Shown piece by piece: positions 49,798-62,700 of a DNA stretch of 64,000 nt. Positions within the stretch are counted from its first letter, which is position 1; each line of letters opens with the position of its first letter. The DNA is from Takakia lepidozioides (taxonomy: Eukaryota; Plantae; Bryophyta), in the NCBI GenBank assembly GCA_030704615.1, contig CM060734.1:55242001-55306000 (forward strand), read 5' to 3'. The notes beneath the pieces were generated by a model that did no database searches, had not been told where the DNA came from, and was given only the letters and a program-made list of their open reading frames with translations. Made by a program: the position numbers and the translations under genes.

Positions 49798-49939
49798 CGC
49801 AGTGTGGCCTGTGCCATTGAGCACATGTCGCAAGTACGAAGATGCAATAGGCACAGTTAGGGTAGTCGCGCCTCATTTTCAAGTCGGGGAACAGAGCAGC
49901 TTGAGTGTGCGAGCTGTGAGGAGGACGGCGCCTCGAAGG

Positions 49940-50861
<922 letters not shown>

Positions 50862-51249
50862 AATGGTTCTTTTTGTTTGGAACTGGGTTGGTTTGAGAGG
50901 TGCTTGTAAGTTTTGTAGTTTTGCAAAGTGCTTTTCAGCTTCATCCATAAACTTGTGTTAAAATGTCTGGCTTTAGTGAACAGTTATGTTCATGGGATCG
51001 TGGCCACTTACTGTAGACTCTCAATGAAATGCAGAAAAAAATTGAGTTTAGCTGAGCTTGAGTGGCTGGGTTGTGAATAATCTGGCTGAGATTGTGGTGA
51101 AGAATCCTCGTATGTGTGGAACGATGGGTGTGAACACAATGTACTGGATGAGGATTCATGCAGAGGTTTCTCGTATGCAAAAGATTTGTACGAAGACTCG
51201 GAAGCTGATTGGCCATCAGAAGGGATTTGTAGTCTTGAAAAAAGTATTT

Positions 51250-51470
51250 GCTGCACCCCAGCACACCTCGGCACCTGGTTTGATTTTGGCATGTTGTTGA
51301 CGAAGTCCTCTTCCTGAGCTAATCGCCCGCACGGCCAAGAAGGTTCGACACAATGCAGGAAACTTGCCCTGGCAATGCAGGTGTGAGGCATGATGTCGGA
51401 CCAAAGTAGGGATGACCCTCATCTACTAGGCCCGTATGGCTACATGCAGAGAGAAGTACATATACAAAGG
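51250..51470 (-). pseudogene. Isolated PPR remnant (L2-S2-E1 region)
   Basis: VLLSACSHTGLVDEGHPYF...LTPAL...LLGRAG with frameshifts. Confidence 0.75.
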
Positions 51471-51989
51471 CTGGATTATGTGCCGGTTTGAAGTTTGGTA
51501 AAAATTGAAAAACGGAAGCTTTTGCGACCATATATGTTCGAGAGAGGATGAGAGAGAGAAAGAAGGTGACAGTCCTTGTTGTTTCTGGCATAGAAACACC
51601 ATGGACTTCAACAGTACAGTGTAAACTGAACGGGGAATGTTAATGATACTTGTATGGTCACTCCTATCAACATTGGATATGACCACATTGACATGAATTT
51701 AGTTAAGTAACCTACTTAAGAAGCAGGCAGTTGATATGAAGCACAGAAGGAAGAGACCCCACAGAGGTGAGCGATTGTAAGAGTTTGCTGAAGCTGACCT
51801 AACCCTCTGAAGAGGGACAACACAAAGGGAACTCAGTTTCAAAAGCTACAAATACCCTACAATACGTGCTGATTGAGTATCCCATACCACACACACATTG
51901 CTGAATGTCAAATGGCTCCTAATGTGGAAGGCCAAGATGTTCTAGGTGGCAGAACAAGTGAGTTTGCTGTAGTGCAGTTGAGCAATCAC

Positions 51990-54900
51990 AACCCAATGTG
52001 CCTCTCGATGAGCAGGCCTCTGTTGAGCTTGCTTTGGAGACTCTGTAGAGAAATAGCAGCAACTTCTACAGCTAGCATCATCCTAAGCCCAAATGCAGTG
52101 CAATGAATGTGCGTATGGACAACCTTGACCTGTATCTCATGAATGCCAATAATATTTGTCACTAGTCTTCTAGCAAGCAATTATGTTACATTACTACTGA
52201 AAGTGACCCTCCCTCAATGCAACCCAAACCTACAAACCTCCCCAACTTACTTTCTTTTCTGGCTTGTATTGGGTCCAGCCTCCCACATGCTTACCCTATC
52301 CTCCTGCTCCTCTACGAACTGCATTTTGCCAGGTCTGAACTGTACTGCTCCATATAATCCACCTCCTGAGCCAATTTTGTTGTAACACCAGACGCACTTT
52401 TTGTGCCACTTTCAGAAAGGGCAGAGTGTAATTTTTTTGCCCTTGTTAAGATGTCACTCATGTCGGTTTCCCCGAGACCCCCCTCATTGGTGAAGAACTT
52501 CAACCCATTTCTGTTCCGTGGAAGATGACTAGCTGTAAAACATTCAAGAGACAAAATAATTTAGGCACCGTACAGCCATCAAAAAGTACAGAGCACAACC
52601 TGAAACTCAACCCGAAAATCCAGAGCCTTTCATGGAGCTCCTGCAGGAGGGTTGCAAGAGAAAAAGATAAGACTGGAACTCCGTTATAGGCTCGTGCTGG
52701 CCTGCACAGGAGGACAAACATCCATGTACGACCTATTCTGGATATGTAACACAAAAAGAAGTTTGGTCTTCAATGAAAGTAGGTTGGCTCAGCATGAACC
52801 TTTGTCCCAGAATTTGGTTTGAGCCTACATTTTGACAATGTGATTTCTTCGACAATGACATTTACCTGGCCTAAGAAACCCAGAGATCAGGCCTCCCTAC
52901 AGGTGGCCACAGCAATGCCCCTCTATCTACCAGAGATGTTCAGAAGAATCACAGGTCAGACAATCAATCTCCTCTCCAATTTGTGATTGTGCAAATTGAC
53001 GTTATGTTGAAACACCAGCTACATCCCATGCCTAACGAGTGCAGGTCGCAGGCAAGACCTTGTTTCGAAAAAATCATGCAGATGACATCACAACATCACT
53101 AGCGAAACTCAGGACTAATGCAGCTGTCGTGATGAGCTCTTAGCCCTAACCCAATGTAGAAGCATATAGCTTTGCATTTTGGCTACATGATTTGACACCA
53201 AACCTCAAACTCACTTCTCCAACCACACCGCCAAAATTGCGCCAGATTCAAAGAATCAAAGAATCATGATTGACCCATGTACAGGGCACAAAATCTCTTC
53301 CTGGTCGGTGATAGTGCTGTTGAACATTGCCGGTGTTGATGCCAGCCTGTCCATCAACACCATGACAGAACAGGGTTTTGTTCGGAGTGGCTTGAGTGGT
53401 ACCTGGAGCTAAAACCTAACACTTTATCTGCTACTGGCTTCTGATCAAGAATGTCTGGCTCAACCAAACATTGCCACCAAAAGCTGCAGCTAACGTTGTC
53501 CCAAAGAAAGACCGTACCATATCATAACAGATGGAGGAGGCTCCACTTCAGCGAGGTATTTGTTCCCTAACAGAAATTGAAAGCTTCCACTTCCCTTCAT
53601 CATGTTGTTGCTTCGTCATGGTTGGTTCAAGGGATACCCCAAGCTGAGAAATCCTAAAACATGGAAGAGAATCAGTGCAAAACGTACTGAAAAACCAGAA
53701 AGCCAGTCCTTCCATGAAACACTCACCCATATAGAACAACATCCAGTCCAGCCCCGGCAACACCCCGTGCTGCGGCTGCCTGCACAACAATACACAGCAA
53801 ATTCAAATTGCAAGGTCACCTTTCCAGTACGCTTTTAACATGCCTTACCTGAGAGTAGTAACCAGATGGCAATCCTTCACCACTTGCGGCCATTGGCAAG
53901 GGTTGTGGTCAAGCCATAGATGGTGAGTCCAACAACTCCTTATACAACCTTGTGCCACTGATCCAACTACTCGTAGCGTTTCTGTAAGGCATTCTCAGGT
54001 GCCTTCTCTGCTCTGAGCCCTCCCAGGAACACTTAACTAGCAAGTGTCAATGAGGACCATGGGAAGGGATGGTGTTGACTGCTCTAAGAAAACAGATAAC
54101 TGAGCCACCACACAGAGATCAAGCATGCAGTGCTTAATATTGAGCCCAAGGGCCCAGTTACATGTACCCTGTGAAAAGGAAGTCACTGACACACCAAAAA
54201 TTTACGCTGTGCAAGACAATGCTCTCATCACAGCATACTCAACTCACAAGTTTTAGATTATATGATACTACATTTGAAGCCCATGATACTCCACAACACA
54301 AATGTCATGGTTTGAAGATTTAGCATGGAGTGTTGTGCACACCTGGAGAGACTCGGCAGATATTCTGGAGTCATGGCCGATAGAGACACGAAGCCGTGTC
54401 ATAAAATGTGAGTATCATGTCACCAGTGGCAGCTTCAGTGAGATTGACCTCTTCCCCCTCCACACCAGATACTGCCACTCCTTGTATATCACTGCAAAAC
54501 CCCTATGTCACCAGACGATGTCCTGTCAAGTCCAAAATGCTGCCAAAATATTCACTCAAGACCACCAAAAACTTGTCATATGCTGTTGGTTGGGTCTGGC
54601 CTGTAACCATTTAGTCGACACACTCTTATTGGAGAAAGAACTGGACTTTCCTTGCCTTGTACTCTGTAAACTGTTCATAGGCTCCACACCTACTGGCATT
54701 AGGGGGACGAGAGGACTGCAGAACTAAGCGCACTGCCAATGCAGACTCTTCACTCCATGGCAGTTACCTTCAGAAGATGTTGGTGATTCAGATGTTGCAA
54801 ATCTTCCCAGCATAAATTTGACAAGAGTACAAGGATGGCCACAGCTTTTTCACATTGTCTGCAGCTTCTAGAAAAGAGCAAAGAGTGATCCTTTCCCATT

Positions 54901-55684
54901 TCAGGCTTTCACCCTCCAGCTACCCCTTATATTTTGCAGCCTGAAGCTACAATATCAACTACTTAGAGTTCTGCTAGCCCATCTTAACAACCTTAAGAGC
55001 TAGTAGGTGCCCCTTATACACATCAACGGCAATATTAAATGCAAAAATCAAAGTGATGTTGGGAGTGCCAATAAAAGACAAAAAGAGGGCAACTAGCATC
55101 TTCTCCTCCAGCAATACCAGCAAAGCAAAGCCTGCAGTGACAACATACCTGCCATTTTGAAGCTTCTTGAAATCTATCGTTGCTGCCAGATACCACATAG
55201 TTTGAACATGCAAGAAGCAAGCAAGAATGACAGGTTAGTTGAAAAACATTATCTTTCTCTTTGCTGTTTGTTTTAATGTTTTTGAAACACATTCACTTAG
55301 AAATGGTAAGGTATAAGACTGGTATAAGTCTGTGAATTATGTATCAGAACATGGAAAAGGTTAACCACGTGTTATCATTTTACAAATACTGCTACCCCCA
55401 CAAGGCAGGGTAGGCAACACAAGGTTCCCTGCAAAATCACGGCCACTGCAAAGAAGTTTTGTTGCAGGATCGATTCGCAAATTCCGGAAGCCTGAAGAGG
55501 GGAAGCCCTCAAAGGCGCAAGCAGGGAATGAAGGCTTCCGCAGCTGCCACAGAGAAGCTGCGCAGCAACCCACCATCGTTCCAATATTGTTAGTGACTCC
55601 AGTTCCCGTGACTGCAACTAGAACTCCCACTCCAGACAACTGGCAAATCAAAGACCTGCTCCAGGGTTCACAAAACCTTTGCAT
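51990..55684 (-). pseudogene. Decayed multi-exon gene of unrecognised family (possibly plastid-targeted)
   Basis: About 10 exon-like blocks, most ending in GT donors on the minus strand (e.g. FFTNEGGLGETDMSDILTRAKKLHSAL, FWWQCLVEPDILDQKP, AAARGVAGAGLDVVLY, RLYKELLDSP). They contain stops and frameshifts; the first block is transit-peptide-like. Confidence 0.4.
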
Positions 55685-56161
55685 GCAGGTGATTTGAGCC
55701 GCGTGGCATCATGTATCCCAACCAGTACAACATGGATCACCATAATATAACATATAGAAGAGATGTAAAAATAACATGAAGTTAACCTAAAAATACCATA
55801 ATCTATAATATAATTATCAAAAATACCATCCATTAAAAATATAACCATACCATTGTACATAACCATACTAGCCTCCATGCGGATTTAGTCTGATCACACC
55901 CAAGTACGTATTGAAGTGATATCTACCATCAATATTTCCTTAAATATTTATAACCGTCCAAATATATTTGCTGTGGATGGATGGATGAGCAGGACGGTTT
56001 GAGTTTGCAATCACACGCCCGCGACGACAGTGGCGTGGTTTTGTCTGCCTCGGATATCAGTTTTCTCTAAGCAAGCACCAGCTACTAAGGAGGCATAGAC
56101 AACGTTGCAGCGGGCGGATCTATCCGATTGTGAGGAAGGGAGGAAGGGAGCCCTCGACGCC

Positions 56162-57283
56162 ATGAAGTCTCTCTCCCGAACTGTAGATCGTGCGTTACAG
56201 TAAGTAAACTTTTAAGCTTTAATATCCATGCGTTTTTCTCTTGCAAGTTCAATTAGTTTATTTCCTATCTAACACTGAAATTGAGTATATCAGATTGGCA
56301 AAGAAGGTCCAGAGCTGGAGGCGGTTCCAGATCGTACGCCGAGTCTCTTTCACGAAGAAGCTGGAGCAAACAATTTTTGAGGCGGCGATCCGCCTATGTG
56401 GTCTGTCATCATCATTGGTAATCACTTTACGATTCTTTTTAGCGTACGTGTCTTAACTTCTTGTTGATGTTGACTAACCTCTAGTTGATGTTGGTGTTGA
56501 TGCAGATGCAGATCCAACTTTTGATAGAAATGCACCAGATGTTCAAGGATAAGCATAAGGAGACGCAACTTTTGATGGCAATGCACCGGATGTTCAAGGA
56601 GAATCGTAAGGAGACGCAAGAGGCTCTCCGAAGGATGGTACGTATTCAATTTCTTATTTCATTTTCGCTTAAATGGTTGCACGAGGATTGTGAGAAAAAT
56701 GTCAGACACAAATATTGCAATCAATTGAAATAGAGCCAACGCCCTAAGCGCCAAACATCTAACATTTGTTTGGGTTGTAGGCTGCACTTAGGGTGACCTT
56801 ACAAAATCCGGAGATGAAAATGGAGGAAATCTTACAGGTAGGGTGCGGAACCCACCTCTGCATATCTGAGGCAATTTTACCCTATATACTTTTTCTAATG
56901 TCCTTTCTCTTTCACCAATTTTATTAAGATAAATTTGGCTTTGGGGTGCTAGTTGATATATGTGCATTAATCTAGGACTTTTAAAATTGACTTGGTGTAG
57001 TCAGCAGTGTAAGAGAGTAGTTTTCTCAGGATCATTTTGTCTCCACACGCTTTACTAGTCACTCATAGGTGTAGTCAGCAGTGTAAGAGAGTAGTTTTCT
57101 CAGGATCATTTTGTCTCCACACGTTTACTAGTCACTCATAGGTGTAGTCAGCAGTGTAAGAGAGTAGTTTTCTCAGGATCATTTTGTCTCCACATGTTTA
57201 TTGGTCACTCATAGGATTTATGGATGCTTGATTGGACCTTTTCTACAAGGGCACGGAAGAGAGGAACCAACAGTCCCAGATAA
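56162..57283 (+). CDS. Putative small orphan helical protein, 4-5 exons with AT-rich introns
   Basis: Exons 56162-56199, 56294-56417, 56506-56637 and 56781-56837 are phase-consistent and stop-free, with CTAAC branch points in the first three introns. The last exon is ambiguous (57215-57283 is one option). Confidence 0.45.
56994..57213. repeat. 73-74 bp tandem repeat, 3 near-identical copies
   Basis: ggtgtagtcagcagtgtaagagagtagttttctcaggatcattttgtctccacac..tagtcactcata starts at 56994, 57068 and 57141. Confidence 0.95.
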
Positions 57284-59267
57284 ATGTGCATAAAACCAGT
57301 TTTGCAATTATTGACATCACTTGAAGCTGCCTTGAATTGTAGAAAGGAAGATCTGGCCCTTCTTAAATTTGTTTGTGGGTGGGAAAACAGCAGCTGGCTG
57401 AGCTCGAGCTGCTGAGCTCCGCAGCCTTACTCTTCGCATGACAGAGGAGTGCCTCATCGGAAGCTGGGGATTGGTGAGCCTGCCCTTCATTTGTGTGGTC
57501 ATCATGGAACAACTTTCACTGTTGACTAGCATGCCAAGGACCGTTGCTGTTTGCTAGGATGAAGATATCAAGATGTGTGTCTCTTGAAGTTGATTGAAGT
57601 CCATGATGGTCTAATTTTTGGAATTCGATGCTACATGTTTTTAGAGACCCGCATAGTAGTGGTTATTCAGTAGTCAGAGGAACAACTTCCGACAACAAAG
57701 CTAATAGTTGTCTAAATTTGTGGGTAGACTAAGGCTTCATCTTGCAGCTGGTGGGCGTAACAGTTAGTGGCCAGAATCCTGTTGGAATTGCAGACATTGC
57801 AGCTCATTGATACATGTCAATGAGGCTTAGTGATGAAATATGCAGCCCATGTTGGTATCTCAGCAGCTTTCATTACAGGTTAAAAATAGGATACTACTGT
57901 GCACACGATTTAAAGTAACACTCTCATGTACACGCAGCACTGTAACACATAAGCAAAGATTTCAATCCTTCAAGCTACATAGTCAGTTTGCCGAGTCCAC
58001 AAATTGTTAGGTTGTTGTCCAGAGTATTTTTCTTCAGTTGACTTGCCACCACAACTTGAAGAAATGCACATTTTGTCTGCGTCAAGTTGTTTACACTTGT
58101 GAATGGGCCTTGTTGTGGTCATTCCCTGGTCAATCTCACCAAACGTTGTACTGGTATGACCTCAGCAAGGCTCTCCCTAGATAATTAAGTAACTTGCTAC
58201 TTGGATGTCCATCATTCAAGTTGTCATGAACAATTGTTGAAAACAGGAAGTCAACCTTAAGTCTCAAAGACCAGAAGATTTCAGATCGGAACAATCTGAA
58301 AAACTGTTCAGGTCCATCCTTCACTTCTCAGGATTGACTTGATCAGCCAGGAGCTAATAGATCTCAAACAAAGCAAATGGACAGATTGGAGGAGTTTTCT
58401 CTCGGAACATGTTGAAGTGCCAAGCCAACTGCACATCCCAAGCATCTGTGCTACTTGCCTCTGCAAATGCTTCACGCCTAGCACAATTCCGCCAAATTTA
58501 GCCTTCTCACCATAAGGGTACTTCTGCAGACCATGGAGACTGCATAGATACATTACCTAGAAATGATGTGAAATCTGTATTACCTAGAAATGGTGTGAAA
58601 TGAAAGCAGACCACTAAGGTGTTGGTACCTTGGAGGTTTATCTGAAGCCCCTAGAGAATTTAGCAGAGCTTCAACAGTTGAAAGCAATACATTCACTGCA
58701 GCTTCTTCATTCTCTGCCGAAGTAGGCTCGTGTGTACATGGCCATCAGGCATGTGTGTAAGCCATCATTTGCTGCATTTTTTTACGTCGTTAGAGAGGAG
58801 GGACAGTGATGGACGTGATTGAGCTGATCTCCCCTTGTAGACGGCAGGAGGCTCCATCGATATCCACCCTATGTTTTCTTTTGGATTTGGGGGGGGTTTT
58901 GAGGGCCAAGTTTTTGGAAGAATTGAAGAAGGAATTCACTGATAAAGCTATGTTTCACGAAGTTGAAGAGTAGATATTTACATGGTGTTGTGGAGCATCC
59001 AACGGATGACCCAGTGCTTGTGGGTTTAATGTACTCTGATCAAGCTCATTACACACTATATATTCACTTTCATCTTTGAGCCCATCCACACCAGAATTAG
59101 AACAGGGCTCTTGACTCTTGACTTCCTTCCACTTTCACCATAGTACGGTCAAAATCGTTTTTGTCAGAAGCTGCCAACTACAATCAACCTGCCATGACCA
59201 TGACCATACGCCCACAAAAAAAAGAAGACAATCTAGACACTCACACCTGTCTAGAAAAAATATCATT

Positions 59268-59410
59268 TCACCAATAATCCCCACAAGAACAAACTCCATC
59301 TTCAAAGTGGTGAAAGCGGTTCGTGTCTCATACAACAATAGCATGCTCTTTGAGATGAACTTGGTGGAGCTGTGGCAGTCACCACACACCCGAAGATTCA
59401 TGAAGACGTC
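59268..59410 (-). pseudogene. Extra duplicated DYW C-terminal fragment
   Basis: [20 protein letters not shown]/..[22 protein letters not shown]; its 3' flank resembles that of the neighbouring pseudogene. Confidence 0.85.
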
Positions 59411-59626
59411 ATGGCATTGGATCAATCTATCAGTTGAGTGCGATTCAATTTGAGGGCCCTCTGCTTTATCTCTGTATAATCGGCTCTTGGAAGGTCCATA
59501 TGGCAGAGGAAATAACCTCAAAACTACATCATAGCCACTATTCTCAGAAAATGGTGGATGAACCAAGTAGCTACTGAGATCAACCAATGAAGCAAGACAC
59601 TCACACCTTTCCAGGAAAACATCATG

Positions 59627-62600
59627 TCACCAGTAATCCCCCCAAGAACAAACCCCATCCTCAAAGTGGTGAAAGCGGTTAGCGTCCCGTACAACAATTG
59701 CTCGCCCAACAATCTTTGAGATGAGCTTGGTGGCGGTGTGGCAGTCACCACAAACCCTAAGATTCTTGATAACGCGGAGAGGTGTCCCAGGGGCTGTGCT
59801 CATCAGCCCAAAACCAATGGCCAGCTTCTCACTGTGGTGGCACAGAGAAAATTACTTTTGCTCTTCCCACATAATCCAATACAAAGCGTGTGTCAGGCAC
59901 ATACCCTGCCTCCTTCATCGGCCCAAACAATCTCCTCAGCTCACCATGGATTTCCTCAATTCCTGGATGCAATTTGTCGTCTACAACAAAGGTGTGCACC
60001 TTGTTGCCAACCTCAATGCAGCTGCGGCCTGGCTCCTTTCTAACCCCTCTGACCTTCATCATTTTTCTCACCTTTGCAGTCTCGTCCCACCTACCAGCTG
60101 CGGCATAGATATTGGATAGCAACACGTAAGTTGCGGCATCCTGTTCGTCCCACTTGAGAATAGCTGTTGCTACACGTTCAGCCATCTCCACATCGCAATG
60201 AATTCTGCAGGTGCCAAGCAAGGCCCTCCACACCAAAACATTAGGTTTCATTGGCATTCTGTCAATCAAGTCCACTGCCTCAACTAATCATCCTGCACGG
60301 CCAAGAAGGTCCACCATGCAGCCAAAGTGCTCCATTGCTGGAGTGATGCCATGATCTTGCCTCAGGGAGTTGAAGTAGAATCCGCCTTCATCCACTAGGC
60401 CAGCATGGCTACATGCAGAGAGAACACATGTAAACGTGATACTGTTCAGCTTGAAGCCTTTCATGTGCATTTCATGAGAGAGTTGCAGGGCCTCCACATC
60501 ACAACCATGGGCATATCCTGAGATCATCGTGGTCCACGACACCACATCTCGTTGTGCCATATTGCCAAACACTGCCTCTGCATCCTTGAGGCTCCCACAT
60601 TTGGCATACATGTCGACCAGGGTATTGTTCAGACTTACATCTGGTACAATTGTTATAATGTCACATGGACCTCCTTGCCCTTTTCCAGGGCTGTCAGGCT
60701 TGCACACACATTGCAAACGCAAATGAATGTGACCCGGTTAGGCTTCACCCCTTCCCTCACCATTTGCTCATAGGTTTCCAAAGCCTCCATCCCGCACCCA
60801 TGCTGGGCATATCCTGCGATCATCACATTCCAGGACACCACATTTTTCTCATCCATATTATCGAACGCTCCTTTTGCATCTTCAATGCTGCAGCATTTGG
60901 CATACATGTCCACAAGGACAGTGTTCAGGCTGACATCTGGTACAATTCCAGCTTTGATGATGTCCCGATGGACCTCTTTGCCCTTTTCAAGGGCTGCCAG
61001 GCTTGCACATGCATTACAAACACAAACAAATGTGATGTGCTTGGGCTTCATCCCTTCCTGGATCATATGCTCATAGGTCTCCAGAGCCTCCATCCCACAG
61101 CCATGCTGTGCATATCCTGCAATCATAGCACTCCAAGACACTACGTTTTGTTCAGCCATATTGTCAAACACTCCCTTTGCATCTTTGATGCTGCCGCATT
61201 TGGCATACATGTCCACAAGAGCAGTGTTGAGAATGACATCTGGGACAATTCCAGATTTGATGATGTCACTATGGACCTCTTTGCCTTTTTCCAGGGCTTG
61301 CTTGCACACGCATTGCAAACACAAACAAATGTGACCCGGTTGGGCTTCACCCCTTCCCACATCATTTGGACATATGTCTCAAAAGCTTTCTTACCACAAC
61401 CATGCTTGGTAAATCCTGCCATCATTGTATTCCACGTGATCAAACTTCGTTCTGGCATTTTGCTGAACAATTGGTATGCATCCACGATGCTCCCACATTT
61501 GACATACATGTTCACAAGGGTGTTGTATAGAAAAATGTTTGGCTTAAATCCACTGCGGATCATGTGAGAGTGCACCTGCTTTCCGGCTTCCAGCCCTTTC
61601 ATCTCGATGCACTTACGCAAGAGACGGACACAAGTATGTGAATCTGCTGAGATTCCTCCTTGGTTCAAAATCTGGACAGCCTCTTTCAGTTGCCCCACCT
61701 CACATAGCCTCCTCACATGCCCAGAAGTGCTAGAACCTCTATTGTGGACACCCTCTTTTGGTCCCCTTTGGGAAGCTGTGGTCATGGTGTAGGTGCCTGA
61801 TTTTATGGACTGTGCCGCTGCTGCTGCTTCCAGTTCACCACCGACCCACGCAGATCTCTTGTAGCTATCAATCCACAGGGAATCATAGTTACATCTGTGC
61901 TTGAAATCCAGCCATCTTGGATATATCTGGACCCACACTCCATCCTGCTCCCTCAGCAATTTCTGCCTCAGCACCAATGATGCATAGATCTCCCCTTGCT
62001 GCTAGCACCTGGCAATGACAGCCTAATTTTTTTCTAGCAAACACCTCCACACCACTTATCACATACTACCTCCTATGCTGAATTGCCCCCTAGACTTCCA
62101 AAGTGTCCGGGGAGAGAGAAAGGATGACATTTTGTAAGAAAGCTTTGTGATGCATCCTGTTGTCTCCACTCTGTAATTTAACAGACATTTACCTGTTTGC
62201 CTTGATTGTCCCACCACTTACTGTGGTCCGAGAAAACATTATTTCCAAAGCTTCTCGTCATCTCTGTTTTCTGCTTTTGCACATTTGTCTGATGCCACAT
62301 TGGCAGTAACATGTCAAAATTGTTCCTAGGTTTTCATGCTGAATTCTCTTAGTTGGCTTGTCGGCTGGATTTATGGTGGTTTGGAGTGCTTTGATAACAG
62401 TACAAAAAATGCCCAAATTAATTAAAGAAGAAGGTGCTCTCACCACGTGGTCCTTGACCTTGCGTCATGACAGCAGCTAGCTTTCCTTTCACCCAAGGAG
62501 GATCCAACCAACCATCAACTCAAAGGACCGCTTGCGTGCGCTGCTTGTGTCTGTAATCGAGTTATCTCGGATTGGTCTGCGAGAACCACCAGGGTGCAGC

Positions 62601-62700
62601 TGAGCACCCATAGATAGACAATATGACTCGGACTTCTTCATATCCTACGTACATGAAGAAAGCTCACCTTGTCAATGCTACTGTCCCACCATTGTGAAAG
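59627..62700 (-). pseudogene. PDF-motif PLS-E-DYW PPR pseudogene, paralogue of 21081-24094
   Basis: Split across ORFs 61141-61977, 60653-61360, 60288-60722 and 59829-60275 by frameshifts and stops. Retains HSEKLA, CGDCH and CSWGDYW*. Upstream exon SQWWDSSIDK| (~62698-62668) and IYPRWLDFKHRCNYDSLWIDSYKRSAWV (from 61926). Confidence 0.9.

Noticed and set aside
49539-49939. Repetitive peptides ([12 protein letters not shown])n and an apparent N-terminal extension of RPL23A
   Set aside because: Artefact of a 36-bp repeat being a multiple of 3; the conserved uL23 begins at ATG 49940.
57317-58553. Short minus-strand ORFs, possible gene remnant
   Set aside because: Stops in all frames and no identifiable homology.
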